A DNA stretch of 61,551 bases, filler included, from Asterionella formosa (lineage: Eukaryota): the NCBI GenBank assembly GCA_002256025.1. It is 8 parts of 8 records of this genome, joined end to end, with 100 filler letters (N's around TTAATTAATTAA, not from the genome) between each part and the next. Parts side by side here need not be neighbours in the genome. Positions count along the whole stretch, not along the records: positions 1 to 7,629 come from NKIB01012416.1; positions 7,730 to 15,355 come from NKIB01012417.1; 6 more parts are not named here. One strand, 5' to 3'. Below are positions 1 to 12,184 of this stretch, piece by piece. The translations under genes and the position numbers were made by a program. Position 1 is the stretch's first letter. Each line of letters opens with the position of its first letter. Under the pieces are notes generated by a model. It searched no databases. It worked only from the letters and a program-made list of their open reading frames with translations, and was not told the origin of the DNA.

Positions 1-995
1 TGTTCGGGATTACATGAGTAATCAGGCAAGAACAAGACCTAGATAGACTATTAACAGAAAGCTCACAATATTACAAAGTGTAAAGTGAAAATACGTTTTC
101 AGCTTTAGAGATCTTAAAAGTAAGATCTGTGATATTTCAACTAGACAATTTAACACAGTTCGGTGATATCATGCATGGGATATATTGAATCCTGCTATGC
201 CATGGAAATATCCCGCATTTACAAAAAGGGCGGAATCCAGACTGTAATTATCCTGTCACTAACAATTGATATTAATGTGATGACTGACATGAGACATATT
301 CAATGTTTCATCATTTATATATAATAATAGCATTGCTATTTTTGCACATGCGCAATCTGTTCAGCATTCCGCTGGTTTTTGTTAGAAACATAGGCCATTA
401 GCTGACAAACAGGAAGGTTCGTGACCACTAAAATTTCCTGGGCAGATTCATAAAAGTTGGCAGGTATCATGGCCCTTGGTACAGTACCCTAACCAGACAT
501 CGTCATAGGGTTGACCCTTGGATTTGTAGAAAACATGCATGCAAGAAACATGAACAGGGTTGCTTACCAGCTCTGAATTCCATAACCAAAATGTTAAATG
601 ACCTGTTAGGTATGAGAAAGGTCTGAGTCTTGATGTTAAGTATGCTTTAATCCTTGATCAAAGAGACCAAGAAAACTTAGAAAATACATCGACATTATTA
701 ATTATAATTTGACTCTGTTCTGAATTCAAAGTGAAGTATCTAACTAGAAGTAGTAGTATTTGTTGAATATATGAGCTTATTAGTTAATATTGTGTGCAAC
801 TCAATCTCTAGCTAAAGAGTTCTCTCCTGATAGAGTTCTGATATAATCTATGTAAACCAAGCCCTATATATATTAGCTATATATAGCGATCCTACTAGCA
901 CTGGTAATCACCCCTTCTCACCATGGAGGGCGATGTATATTTACAGCAGCACAATCAAATCAGACCTCACTTGCTACCCAATCTTTACAATGTAT

Positions 996-1314
996 GCAAT
1001 GAGCTAGCTACAAACATATGAAAGAATCAACAGAAAGAACAAGAAACTCAAGGAGCTTGAGGAAAATGAATGGAGCGCAACAGCATGCATCATTCAATTG
1101 AAGAGCGCATTTGTCGATGTCCTGGCATCGGAATCGGGTTTGCACCGTGGCTTTCAACTAAACAATAACTACAGCATCGGCAATGAGCTACAAACATATG
1201 AAAGAATTAACAGGAACAACAAGAAACTCAAGAAGCTTGATGAAAATGAATGGAATGCAGCAACATGCATCATTCAATCGAAGAGCGCATTTGTTGATGT
1301 CCTGGCATTGGAAT
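996..1314 (+). repeat. Imperfect direct duplication (~135 bp; 996-1134 and 1180-1314)
   Basis: The block gcaatgagcta...aaacatatgaaagaat...catgcatcattcaat...gatgtcctggcat.ggaat occurs twice with scattered substitutions. Confidence 0.9.
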
Positions 1315-2555
1315 TGCCCAGATTAGGTACCGGTACCTGGAAGGCCCGGTAGCGCACATTTTATTTGCACTTATTCAGTTTCGACTCACTCCCAATGACT
1401 CGTCCCATGCCTACCAGACGAGATTGGCTGGCTTTCCATTCCAAGCTCTCTTAAGTAAATTTCTATCATGTTAAATCATCAATCCTCATTTAATCCAAGT
1501 CATGCTCTGATCATCGAAATCATGCTCACCTACTAATGCTGGTAATGTTATTCAGCAATTGGAAGACGATTTACTTATGGAATTCACCAATCAGTAACTT
1601 CTAGTTGTAGTCAGCAATTTCTACCGGTAGTCATTGTCAGCACATGCATTCTAGTCGTTTTCAGCAACTTCTAGTCGTTTTCAGCAGATTTCTAATCATT
1701 TGTAGTCACCAACTGCATAAGTAATCATAAACAAAAGAGTCATTTTGAAACTGTCAATGAATTATTAATTGATATGGTTATATATAGAGAATCAACAAAA
1801 ATGAATTAAACCAGTACTAATTGTGTCCATTTTTTCATTTATTTGGGCACAAGTGCGATTATTGGATGGCTTTAGCTAACGTACTTTAAGATTTGATTGA
1901 TAATTTTAAAAGTGTTAAATCTCGTCGTAACTTCATCATTTTGAATTGTGCATCATCTAGAGTACATGACGAAATGCGCCATCAGCAACTTCAATTTTAG
2001 AATTATTATAATTAATTTTTATGATTGTATTATCTATGTCGTGTTAGATATATGTAACTAATAGCAAAGCATCATTCTCATTTTTAGTGGAGAAATTCGC
2101 TATTTTCATCATGGTCAAGGCGGAGACGGCATGGTGCAGGATTCCCAGCCGCTCAAAATAATTGCACTGTAGCGTTTTTGATTTAGAAATAAATCGAAAC
2201 ATCTAAGCTAATTCATTTTATACTAGCGTCTACAAGGGCTACCTCAGGTACCCTGAGCATATGTCATCTGTGCATAGCCATCATAGCATATGTAATATGT
2301 ATGATATTACAAATATACTGGTACCCCGGTAGGATGTTGCATCAGACGTGACAGTGACTGGGACTATGTATATAGATATAACATTTACGTATGTTCATAG
2401 TATTGGCAAGGCTATCAGGGGTTAGTGGTTTTGTCTGTTCATGTACTGGTATACACTTGATAGGCAAAAGGGTCATTCAGAAAATCTTATTTGCATCCAC
2501 AAGCAAATTCTAGCCATGTTCAGCAAATTCTAGTCATTTTCAGCAAATTCTTTAT

Positions 2556-3769
2556 GGTTGCTGCATTTGAACCCCTAGCTCGAGGTAGGGTTTATAAAAT
2601 AATATTGAGTCAGACTAATCAAACACAAACTCTTCACATATAAATCAAATATGTATAACGCTCAACGGAGCTTTCACCAATACACACCCTTTCCATATGC
2701 TTACATACAGTCTTCAGACAAAGTAGGGGTGTAGGTCCACTCTATATATTGTCAGTATATAGGATCTGGTCAGAAACTGCAGAATGGAAATTCGGTTTTT
2801 AAACTATGCTAAAAAGACTCGAAAATTCGGGGGGAAATCTGTTTATTTGGCATAGTTAAAAACCCAAGTTCCTTTCTGCACTTTCTCGCCAGAAGTTATA
2901 TACTGATGCTATGTGAAAGTTACCTATGTATCTAAATCGCCGTCAGACCCAGCCAACGTTTAGCTATCGTCGTCCAGAAACTCGACAAAATCGGCCTTTT
3001 CTACGGTCGCCAAAAAATCGGAATCAGAATTATTATGTGCCGAAACGTCATCATCGGAATAGTAGTCGTGTGCCGGAATTTTTAGTCCTAAAATCTCCTG
3101 TGTAAGAAATTCCATTGTAAGTGCCCGCTTCCACTTTTTTAATATGATTGGTGAACGTGAATTACATTCCTCTGTTTGATTGGCCTGGTTTGCGAGGTCT
3201 TGCAAACCCACGCCGGCCACATTGGATTAACATGTAATATTCTCTTGAGTGTTCTGACAGTCCGGTACTCTAGTCACGATGGGTACCGGTTGATGATCAT
3301 CATTGGACATACGCGTACCGCTCCTTGAGTGCACTTTCAAATTTTTGCCGAGCCGCCGGGTCGTATACATGACCCATAGTCGTCGATCGGAGTATAGATG
3401 ATTGTGGTACTGGTGCACATGAAGCGATGTAGAGTGCATATTTATATATGTATATATTAAAGTATTTGAATATGTGGAACGGATTCAATGCATAGCATAT
3501 AAAATCGTCAATCGGAGTATAGAGTGTCCATGCACATGTGTTGATCGTATTTTTAGCTTATATATGCATACAGCGACAATGAGTGTCAATACACATATTT
3601 GGCGATTTCGACAAGGAATCTATGTACATATTTGCTAATTTCCACAGATTTAAATATTTCAAATGGAATCACGTCATTCAAGAATAGCTAATTAAATTCT
3701 TAATTCCAGGGAATTTTCGCAACCCTAAGCAATATTTTAATTTTGCCTAGGGTTTCAAATGCAGCAACC
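2556..3769. mobile_element. Non-autonomous TIR DNA transposon, Kolobok-like
   Basis: 23-bp terminal inverted repeats GGTTGCTGCATTTGAA(C/A)CCCTAG at 2556-2578 and 3747-3769 (1 mismatch). Flanks are TTAT (left) and TTAA (right). Purine-purine termini with a TTAA target fit Kolobok. Internal parts recur at 23790-24345 and 59550-59921. Confidence 0.7.
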
Positions 3770-5350
3770 TTAATTTAGAACCAAAGAGATGATTCCTATT
3801 TGTATTCCGAAGCTAGACGACGGTATGCTGAACAGGTTCATCAGTCACCAAATCCTAGTCATGTTCAGAGACTGATTCTGCAAATCGTCATCGGTCAATA
3901 AGAGTAATGTTTTACTAAATTACTTAAGGATTAAATTGTTAGCGTAGGTAAGTCGCCAACCATATTTCGCGAAAGGTGATCATCTTAGCGTCAGTATTAG
4001 GGGAAACTACGACCGCCTAGGAAGGCAGCCCACTGCTTGTAAGGGGGGTCCGTTACCATATTTGCACAAAAGTGTCGCAATCTGCACAATGAGTTAGTCA
4101 AATACCCTGCTACTATCTGGTCATGGGGCATCACAGCTCTACGTACGGACAGTATGTTAGTCACATCCTAATGCATACCGGTATACGTCCTGTTTGTTTA
4201 TCTCAACGCTTACATTTCCGCATGTTGGACTACTACCAGTTCATTATAATGGTATATATTCTCGTACGAATATATACACCGGCATATATGTTTGGTGTAC
4301 ATACCAGTACCGGCACTAACTACGTAATTTTGATTTTGTATTCTTGCCGTGCGTAGTAGTACCTGGTACCGGCAGGGGGTTGATGATCTAAACACCTCCA
4401 TCTTGACCATGACGAAATTATTGGACTGAATTTCTCATCGAAAATTGACATCGAAGTATTCCGATTTCGTAAGTATATCTAGCCTAACATAGATGAGATA
4501 ATCGTTTAATAATGGAAAATTTTGCGCTTATATTGACAACAAAAATTTGAAATTGCCACTAGAATTTGTTTTCGTCGTCGTTTGCTCAGTTCTCAAGATA
4601 TGAACAAAAACGAGACATCGTTAAGTCCGCGATGACTAGTTTAATAACTTTTACTAAATAATTATTTCTATCTAATGTACAAATTAACGAGAAAACTTGA
4701 GCAATAGTAATCTCGGAGAGGGCACAACATCTCAAAATGCAAGAAAATACCTCAAGATATGATTTTGTACTGAGTTTCATGTACGTACTAATTTTCGTGT
4801 TTCATATTTCTATGGGATTATGGAGTAGGTCATTTCATTGTCCAATATAGACATATATGCAGACATCCAACAATGAACTGCTTGTAGTATACACAACTAG
4901 AAACTTCGCATCCCGAAAAAAATCACGAATTCCTATGACTATCTCATTGTCCACATAGCAACTCTTTTGTGCAAATAGACAATTAAGAACTCCTTGTAGG
5001 GGGGCAACCCACTTTTCCTTGCACACTAGGCAAGACCACGCGGGACGGTGAGGAGTGTGGCAGTTGAACCCAACAACTGTTTCTCAAAATACTGCGGGAA
5101 TCGAACCAAACAACTTCAAATCAAAGGCAATGTGCCCAACCAACTGAGCCATTCCCCAACTTCAAGCTCTCTCACTATGTTGTTTAGAATGATCTGTGTC
5201 GTTTGCTGTTCCTTGAAAGGTATCCTGCTCTTCTTTGCAGCCTGTGAGTGTTTCTCGTTCTTAGAAGCTCCCAACTTCATGATGGTTTTGAGGGTGATTG
5301 TGGTATTTTTCATTATAATATTTCATGACACTTTAGTTAGGTGCGCCAGG

Positions 5351-5700
5351 AAACATGCACCCCATGCGTGGACTCCTCCCATCTATGGTGCCCGCCAATA
5401 ATTTCGTGTTCATGATATCACCCAGCCCATGGTCGATTTGACGGACTAAAAATGTATTCAAGAGATCCTAGGTACCCTCTTATACTATGCCCATGCAGTC
5501 AACAGCACCATGTTGCCAGCAATTGGAACTCTTGCAACACAACGAGCTACACCTAGTACCACTGCCATGCTGGAGGCCCTACACAACTCTTAAATTATTG
5601 CGCCACACATCTCGAGGTAACCCTCCATTACACAAAACGCTCCAAGGCAATGGATATGTGTTTTTATTGGGTATGCGATTGTGTCCGCCAAGTTCAACTT
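5351..5700 (+). pseudogene. Degenerate Ty1/Copia pol fragment (RT C-terminus fused to RNase H C-terminus)
   Basis: Hand translation gives HAPHAWTPPIYGARQ*...IQEILGTLLYYAHAVNSTMLPAIGTLATQ.../TQLLNYCATH..., then KRSKAMDMCFYWVCDCVRQ. These match Copia RT and RNase H motifs. Stops, a frameshift and an internal deletion are present. Confidence 0.85.
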
Positions 5701-7103
5701 TTAACGACTAGGTTCTTGTCAACACATGCATCCCATTGTACAGGAAGGTCCAGTAATCAGCATATTGCGCGCACTTTTTATCGAACCTGCCACCTCATGA
5801 GGTGTGGTTACCAATTGAGCCATTCCCCTACATAGTAGAATACGAAATTTTCAAAGTACGCTTTTATTGAGACTTGAATATGGAGTTCATTGAGTTGCGC
5901 TAGGCCCAAATGGGCCCCAAAGGAATAACGAGTGAGAGCGAGTCCATTAAGGGACTCTTAGGGGTTGCAGACTAGGTAAACGAGATTACATTTCAATGGG
6001 ATCATGCACCCAAGCGGCTGGGGCTTTCCAGTTTCGACCGAAGTTGCAAATACAGACTTGGATGAATTGCATGGGGGATGAGCAGGAGTGAAGGAGAAAG
6101 TGTCAGCCATAGGAATATTCAGGAGGAGCAGGAGTGAGAGGAGCAGCATGGGCGGAAAGCGCCATGGTCAAGGGTGATTAACAAAGCAGCAGCAGTGCCG
6201 TGGGAATGGCTGTTGGTCGTGTACCAGAGTAGTATTAATAGAGGGCAAGTATCTCGGAAAGTTCAATGTTGCATTGTTGAAAAAGCGCCTTTCCCCAATA
6301 TATATATATCCATATATTTATGTGGTCATAGAAAAGAATGAGTCATCCTACATATAAAGGGTCATTCATGTGGAAAACGTATACTATGAGCTATAATTCA
6401 ATTCAAAGAACAATTCTTTACTGGTATTCACCAGATCTCATTAGTAGCTCATCTAATTTCTGCTGAGCGAATTCTAGCATTCATCAGAACTGAAATGACA
6501 GGTCGTAGTTGCCATATACCAGTACTCCAGTATCAGTTACTATAGCTATGTATCATCATGGCCCCGTCCGCCCTGCCAGCAACAGCCCAGTGCAACCTGC
6601 CACTTTGCACGCCCTTGATATTTTCTGAATATATAATCTAATACAGTATAGCTGCACTATGAATGCTGTTTGCAAAAAGTCATCATCTTGTTTTCGTTAG
6701 TTTTCTAGTATCAAATGTTCCAACATACACTCTGATTGACAATATCTTTTTCGATTTTTGCTTGTAGTTTCTTTTCTTAGCAAGAATGTGACTGCGGCCT
6801 GGCCTTTTGCTTCGGAGAGAGCAACTTTATTGCAGAGTGTATATTGACAGTATTTTGTCGATTTTTGCTTGTCGTTTCTTGTTTTAGCTAGAATGTGACT
6901 GTGTTTTTCATTTTGATAACATTGTTCAGCCATGTATAGCTTGCTTGTGACAAAATGCTTTCCCTTAGTCAACAAACTAGGAGGGAAAATGTGAGATATT
7001 GATAGGTGCAAGGAAAAAGTGTTGCTAAGTTGAATTTTTATGTGATGAACACATGCACCCTCACATTGGATGCAACCCAGATAGGTTAACAATGATGCCA
7101 AAT

Positions 7104-7629
7104 CTATTTAATAACGAGCTTCTTGTTTTCCCATCCATAAAATTTTTTGTTCCTCTCAAAGACATCGTCCATTCCCTTCAATAGCTGTTCTTGAATTTCC
7201 TTAACTTGTTCAGCTGTGGGCTCTTCACATTGCATATGTTTTGTCGAAATCGATTTTCCAGCCACGCCAAGGACAGGCACACGATATGGTATGGGTAATC
7301 CCCACCGTCCAAATATCAGAATTAAAGCAAATCCAATCTTTCTTGATACTTTCTCCAAAATATACCTTCCACCGGGAATGCCTTCTCCAGCCCAGCAGCT
7401 CAAGACTTTAGTATTTCCGAATAAATAACAGGGCACCAAGTCTGCCCCTGTTCGAATAGCTAGTTTGACCAGTCCCACACGCTCTCTCAGCACAATGCAC
7501 TCATCTCCCGCATTTGTTTCAAATACTTCAGCAACGCCTCCAGTGGAAATACCCAATGAGTTTCCCTTTTCCAGTACTTTCCGAGCAACATGTCTCGATG
7601 CGTCGGTGACACCCATGCTTCGCAATATT
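7104..7629 (-). CDS. DGAT2: Diacylglycerol O-acyltransferase type 2 (DGAT2/MOGAT family), C-terminal part; 5' end cut by contig edge
   Basis: Motifs GISTGGVAEVFE, RERVGLVKLAIRTGADLVPCYLFGN and GRWGLPIPYRVPV match the DGAT2 GGxxE / RxGFVKLA..G..LVP...FGEN / P-rich blocks. Confidence 0.88.
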
Positions 7630-7729
7630 NNNNNNNNNNNNNNNNNNNNNNNNNNNNNNNNNNNNNNNNNNNNTTAATTAATTAANNNNNNNNNNNNNNN
7701 NNNNNNNNNNNNNNNNNNNNNNNNNNNNN
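7630..7729. other. Artificial contig spacer (N-run, TTAATTAATTAA, N-run)
   Basis: 100-bp N-padded linker with stops in all six frames; the same design occurs 7 times in the window. Confidence 0.98.
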
Positions 7730-8199
7730 GCACATTTTGCGATTCGATGTGGTTGTTCATTAGGCTTGAATTCCAAAGAATATCAACTCCCAGTTGTGGC
7801 ACTTGTTTGCAACTTGCAAGCGCCTCAAACTGGTTATGCTGCACTGTTGAGCCATATTGAAGTCGAAACGTTGTTTCATGAATTTGGTCATGCCTTTTAA
7901 TACCGGTACCAGGGTTTTTTGTAGTTTACCTTTGTACACAGTGCTAGTTGACTGCTAGTACACTAGCTTTCACTACGGTCTTAAAAGGTTGCACTGGGGG
8001 TTGAATTTTTTGCATGTACCACCCTGGTATTTCTTGTCCCGCACACTATGATATAACGGCATTCTCTGTGGTGAGCGAATTTTTGTTCAGTTTCTACTTC
8101 CATGCTGTCATAAAAATAATTCAAATTGTTGTTGGCATTGCTTTTATACATAGTAGTAGCAATAAGCAAACCTATTCTCCTGTTGTTTCGAGCGGACAG

Positions 8200-10480
8200 A
8201 TGATGAGCGCTTCCTCCAAAGTCGCCGGCAGTACGGCCACCCTTCGCCGTGTCGCGAGCAACAAGCCTCGATGGACAAGTCAATTTGTCCTTGCCTCCTC
8301 CTCACCTTGCAACACAATGACGACAATAACTAGCAGGCGTTGGATCGCAACGGCGCTACTAGCGACTCAGGAGGCCAGCAGCCGGGAATACTACTGGCAG
8401 AATCTGCAATCGCAGTGGCAACTGGCAGTAGCAGCGACAGCGGGAGCGGTAGGATGCGTCGCCCTGGCTCAAGATGACAGCAAAGTAGAATGCTGCGGCA
8501 TTGCCGGAGTGGTTGGGACGAACGATCATGATGCCAGGTACGTTCCGCTCGAGTTCCGTTTAGGCGCAGCGGGTCGGCTGGTACAGCTACAGCTCCAACA
8601 CCGGTAGACACGCACGCAAACGCTCACTCCATCATACACACAGAGACTTCTTGTTGGAGGGATTGACTGTCCTCAAGAACAGAGGTTATGACAGTGCGGG
8701 GCTTGCCACGATGCCAGAAGCAGGAGGGATCATGACAGTTACCAAGTTTGCGTCGGACGGGGACAATGCAGACGGAATAGAGCTGGTTAGAATGCATTCA
8801 TCGGCATCTTCGGGACATAGTGTGGGAATCGCGCACACTCGATGGGCCACTCACGGAGGAAAGACCGACGAAAACGCACACCCGCACAATGACTCCTCAG
8901 GCAAAATTGCATTAGTGCACAACGGCACACTCAACAACGCAAATGAATTGCGAAGAGAACTGCAAGCGAAGGGACATATGTTTTCATCACAGACTGACAC
9001 GGAAGTTATTGCCAAACTTATCGGCTACTACAAAGACCTGGACAACTCGACGGTCAAGGCAGCCACAGAAAAGGCACTGGCCAGGTGCGACGGCACTTGG
9101 GGACTGTGTATCATGTGCACTGACACACCACATGAACTAGTGGTGGCATGCAATGGATCGCCCTTGGTTATTGGGATTGGAGACAATCGCACTTTTGTTG
9201 CATCGGAAACATCAGCATTCAACCGATACACTAAGAATTTCATCAGCATGAAGGATGGAGAAATAGGAGTTTTGCATGCAGATGGTCGAACATTGGATCT
9301 GAGTAGGAAGCAAATTGCGCCAGACCAGCAAGTCAAGTTGAGCCCAGAACCTTATCCACATTGGACCATAAAAGAAACCATTGAACAACCAGAAGCAATT
9401 GCTCGGGCGTTGGGCTTTGGTGGACGACTTGGTGCCAACAGGGTATACTTGGGAGGATTGGATAGCCACTACGAACAAATTTCGAAAATCAAGCACATGA
9501 CGTTGAGTGCTTGCGGAACTAGTTTGCATGCGTCCAAGTATGGTGAACGACTCATGAAACACCTGGGATGCTTCGAGACAGTCAATTGCTTGGATGCTGC
9601 AGAGACAGAAACCAAGGACTTCCCATCCAGAGGAAACCCTGCTGCGGCTGGATTGATTGTGGTGTCACAGAGTGGAGAGACCAAGGACGTTGCACGCGTG
9701 GTTAATAACGCAATGGATCAGGGAGTCACTGTCTTGAGTGTCGTTAATGCAGTGGGAAGCCTCATTGCCCGCACCACCAAATTGGGAGTCTACTGTAATG
9801 CTGGACGTGAGAATGCTGTCGCCAGTACCAAGGCATTTACTACTCAAGTAACTGTTCTTGCATTGATCGCATTGTGGTTCCGCCAAGTGAAGGACACTCG
9901 TGAAGGACGGACTCGTCCTAGTGTGGAGACAAGTGAATTGAAAGAGGCATTAATGAGATTGCCCATTTCCTTTGGAATGGCATTGAAGACACGAGACCAA
10001 TGCAAAGAGATTGCAGAGCAATTAAAAGACAAGCAGCACTGCTTCATTTTGGGCAAGGGATATGCCGAACCTGTTGCATTGGAAGGAGCTCTGAAGATTA
10101 AGGAGATGTGTTACCTGCATGCGGAAGGTTACAGTGGAGGAGCTTTGAAGCACGGGCCATTTGCTCTTATTGAAGATGAAAGGGGAAAATCAGGGGCAAC
10201 CCCCATCATTCTGATTATCTTGGATGACCAGCATGCACATCACATGAGAACTGCTGCTGAAGAAGTCAAGGCTCGTGGAGCGAAACTGATTATCATTACA
10301 GACAAGGCTAGTCTTGCAAGGGACTTGTGTGACTCTCCAATCATTATTCCAAGCAATGGGCCACTGACGGCCTTGGGAGCAGTGCTTCCTTTACAGCTCA
10401 TTGCTTATGAGCTTGCCCTAATCCGAGGCATTAATCCTGATACTCCTCGCAACTTGGCCAAGGCAGTAACAGTAGACTAA
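8200..10480 (+). CDS. glmS: Glutamine-fructose-6-phosphate transaminase (isomerizing), GFAT/GlmS; exons 8200-8537 and 8644-10480
   Basis: CGIAGVVG N-terminal nucleophile motif, [54 protein letters not shown] and terminal [16 protein letters not shown] intron at 8538-8643 (gtacgt...gctcac...cacag) restores the frame (HDAR/DFLLEG). The start Met is inferred. Confidence 0.96.
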
Positions 10481-10523
10481 TTGGAAAACAATAAATATTA
10501 TCACGCTTTTTCATTCTATTTGC

Positions 10524-10556
10524 CTCCTCGCAACTTGGCCAAATCAGTAACAGTAG
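10524..10556 (+). repeat. 33-bp copy of the glmS 3' coding end
   Basis: ctcctcgcaacttggccaa(gg/at)cagtaacagtag occurs at 10443-10475 and at 10524-10556, with 2 mismatches. Confidence 0.92.
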
Positions 10557-10619
10557 GTTACCAGTAGAAGTGGCATATACGCCTGAGGTGGTCTCTTGCC
10601 TGCAAGTACACCTGATAAC

Positions 10620-10890
10620 CCCTCTCCCCTCCTGCTGGATATAATTGCCAATAAGTTTGTTCTTGCCTCTGATGGATCCATTTGTAACACCAGTAGCTCA
10701 TTTTGCTTGGATTCTATATGGCACAACAAGCACCCTTTAAATTACAGGGATGAATACTCTAGTATCCACCGCAACTCCCCTTACCTCATTCTGCGCCAAG
10801 GCTGCTGGTCTTCTTTAGATCATCTATGCTCTTTGCGCTATCTCACACTACCACAACATGCTCACTCCCTGTGCCCCCTACACCGCCAGG
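10620..10890 (+). pseudogene. Degenerate RNase H-like fragment of a non-LTR (LINE) retrotransposon
   Basis: Hand translation across a frameshift: FVLASDGS...SF/AWILYG...LTSFCAKAAGLL*IIYAL. This resembles the SDGS...FAW...SFRAE RNase H pattern of LINE ORF2. Confidence 0.55.
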
Positions 10891-12184
10891 GCACACAGCA
10901 ATAATGGGCGCGCTCGTCTGATAATAAAAAATTATTATATCATGTGTGTATTATAACACAAATTATTTTGGTGATCTGCTACATAATATCATCCTTGCGC
11001 TCTGATAATAGAGATATTTTAGATTACTTCTCTGACATTAGATATATTTTTAACCTTAATTTTCAACAGTTAAATTTTCATATTGATGTATCCTCTTGTA
11101 TGCTATGCCGCCACTTGTTCATTATATTCATGAGTTCTATATATTCATCCTCATTGTCAGTCACTGACATCTAAGCCGCGTATTACGTGAAGTGACCATC
11201 ACATAAATAAGCCTAGTTGATTTTGAATGGATCACATGAATTAGTTGAATAAATCAAAATGCTTACTTGAATATAGCTATATATTATCTGAATACATCAC
11301 GTTAATTATTTGATCAGAGTATCATGCATGCATTCCTGATCAGCCATCACTATATTACGTGATCACCTTCACATATTTATTTGAAATACTGCATGTAATT
11401 ATTTGAAATCCTTCACGTTATTATTTGAAAACCTTCACTTAATTCTGTAATTTAGTTCACATTGCCTTATAATTTTGTTCGCTTAATTCTATAATATAGT
11501 TCACGTAATGCTTGAAATTTGTTTATGTAATTTAAAAGTAGTACAATCAAATATGTTGATTTCTAATTCAACTGCCGGTATTTCACATTACATGGGAAAC
11601 AAATCTCGATATGCAATCAAACAAAGCAGTTCTTTCAGAATGGCATCTTCAGTCTTGAGAAGGCAGGCATCATGAGACGCATCATGAGACGTCTGTAAGG
11701 ACAATGCAAGACAAACAGAAACCGTTCATTCTGAATGAAAAAATTATTCATTCTTGAAAAGGCATCATGGTGCGAAATCGCAACAAGAATGTATCATACT
11801 GGCTTCCTCCTTTTCCTCAAAATGACTTCTTCATTGACCTGCAAAGATTTACAAAAGAACAGTGGGTCAGTAATTCATTTAATAGAACTAGCAACAGCAG
11901 AAAGCAACACACACATGTGCTATTCAACTGTTTCACGGAGCAGTTAAATTGACAGGAGCAAGACACCGGCATTAGCCAGCCACCAGGCAGCACCGCAACT
12001 CACTGATGCATTCAAAATAATGCTCCTGTTGTGAAATGGACGGCTAAAATGTAAAATAAATGTAGTGAACAATAATAGAACCAGCCACGTGATTTATCGC
12101 TCGCTTTGCTGATGTGATGACAAAAACTGAGGATTAAGCTTACCTTAGTAAAATCTTCCATTGCAGGTCTCCATATATACAATA

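Noticed and set aside
1098..1352. 84-aa ORF with an internal repeat
   Set aside because: Produced by the local duplication; no recognisable domain.
2960..3220. 86-aa ORF similar to the 24015-24197 ORF (ATVEKAD)
   Set aside because: The similarity reflects the shared DNA repeat; the frame is not conserved beyond a short stretch.
6697..7101. 134-aa ORF downstream of DGAT2
   Set aside because: Non-ATG start, lies over the 3' UTR and a small local duplication, no domain.
7674..7685. TTAATTAATTAA as a biological motif
   Set aside because: Always centred in N-runs; an artificial six-frame stop linker.
8014..8607. 197-aa ORF as a separate gene
   Set aside because: It is glmS exon 1 plus upstream sequence and read-through into the intron.
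9028..10056. Antisense ORFs within glmS (likewise within AMPD and PLK)
   Set aside because: Shadow ORFs of real coding sequence.
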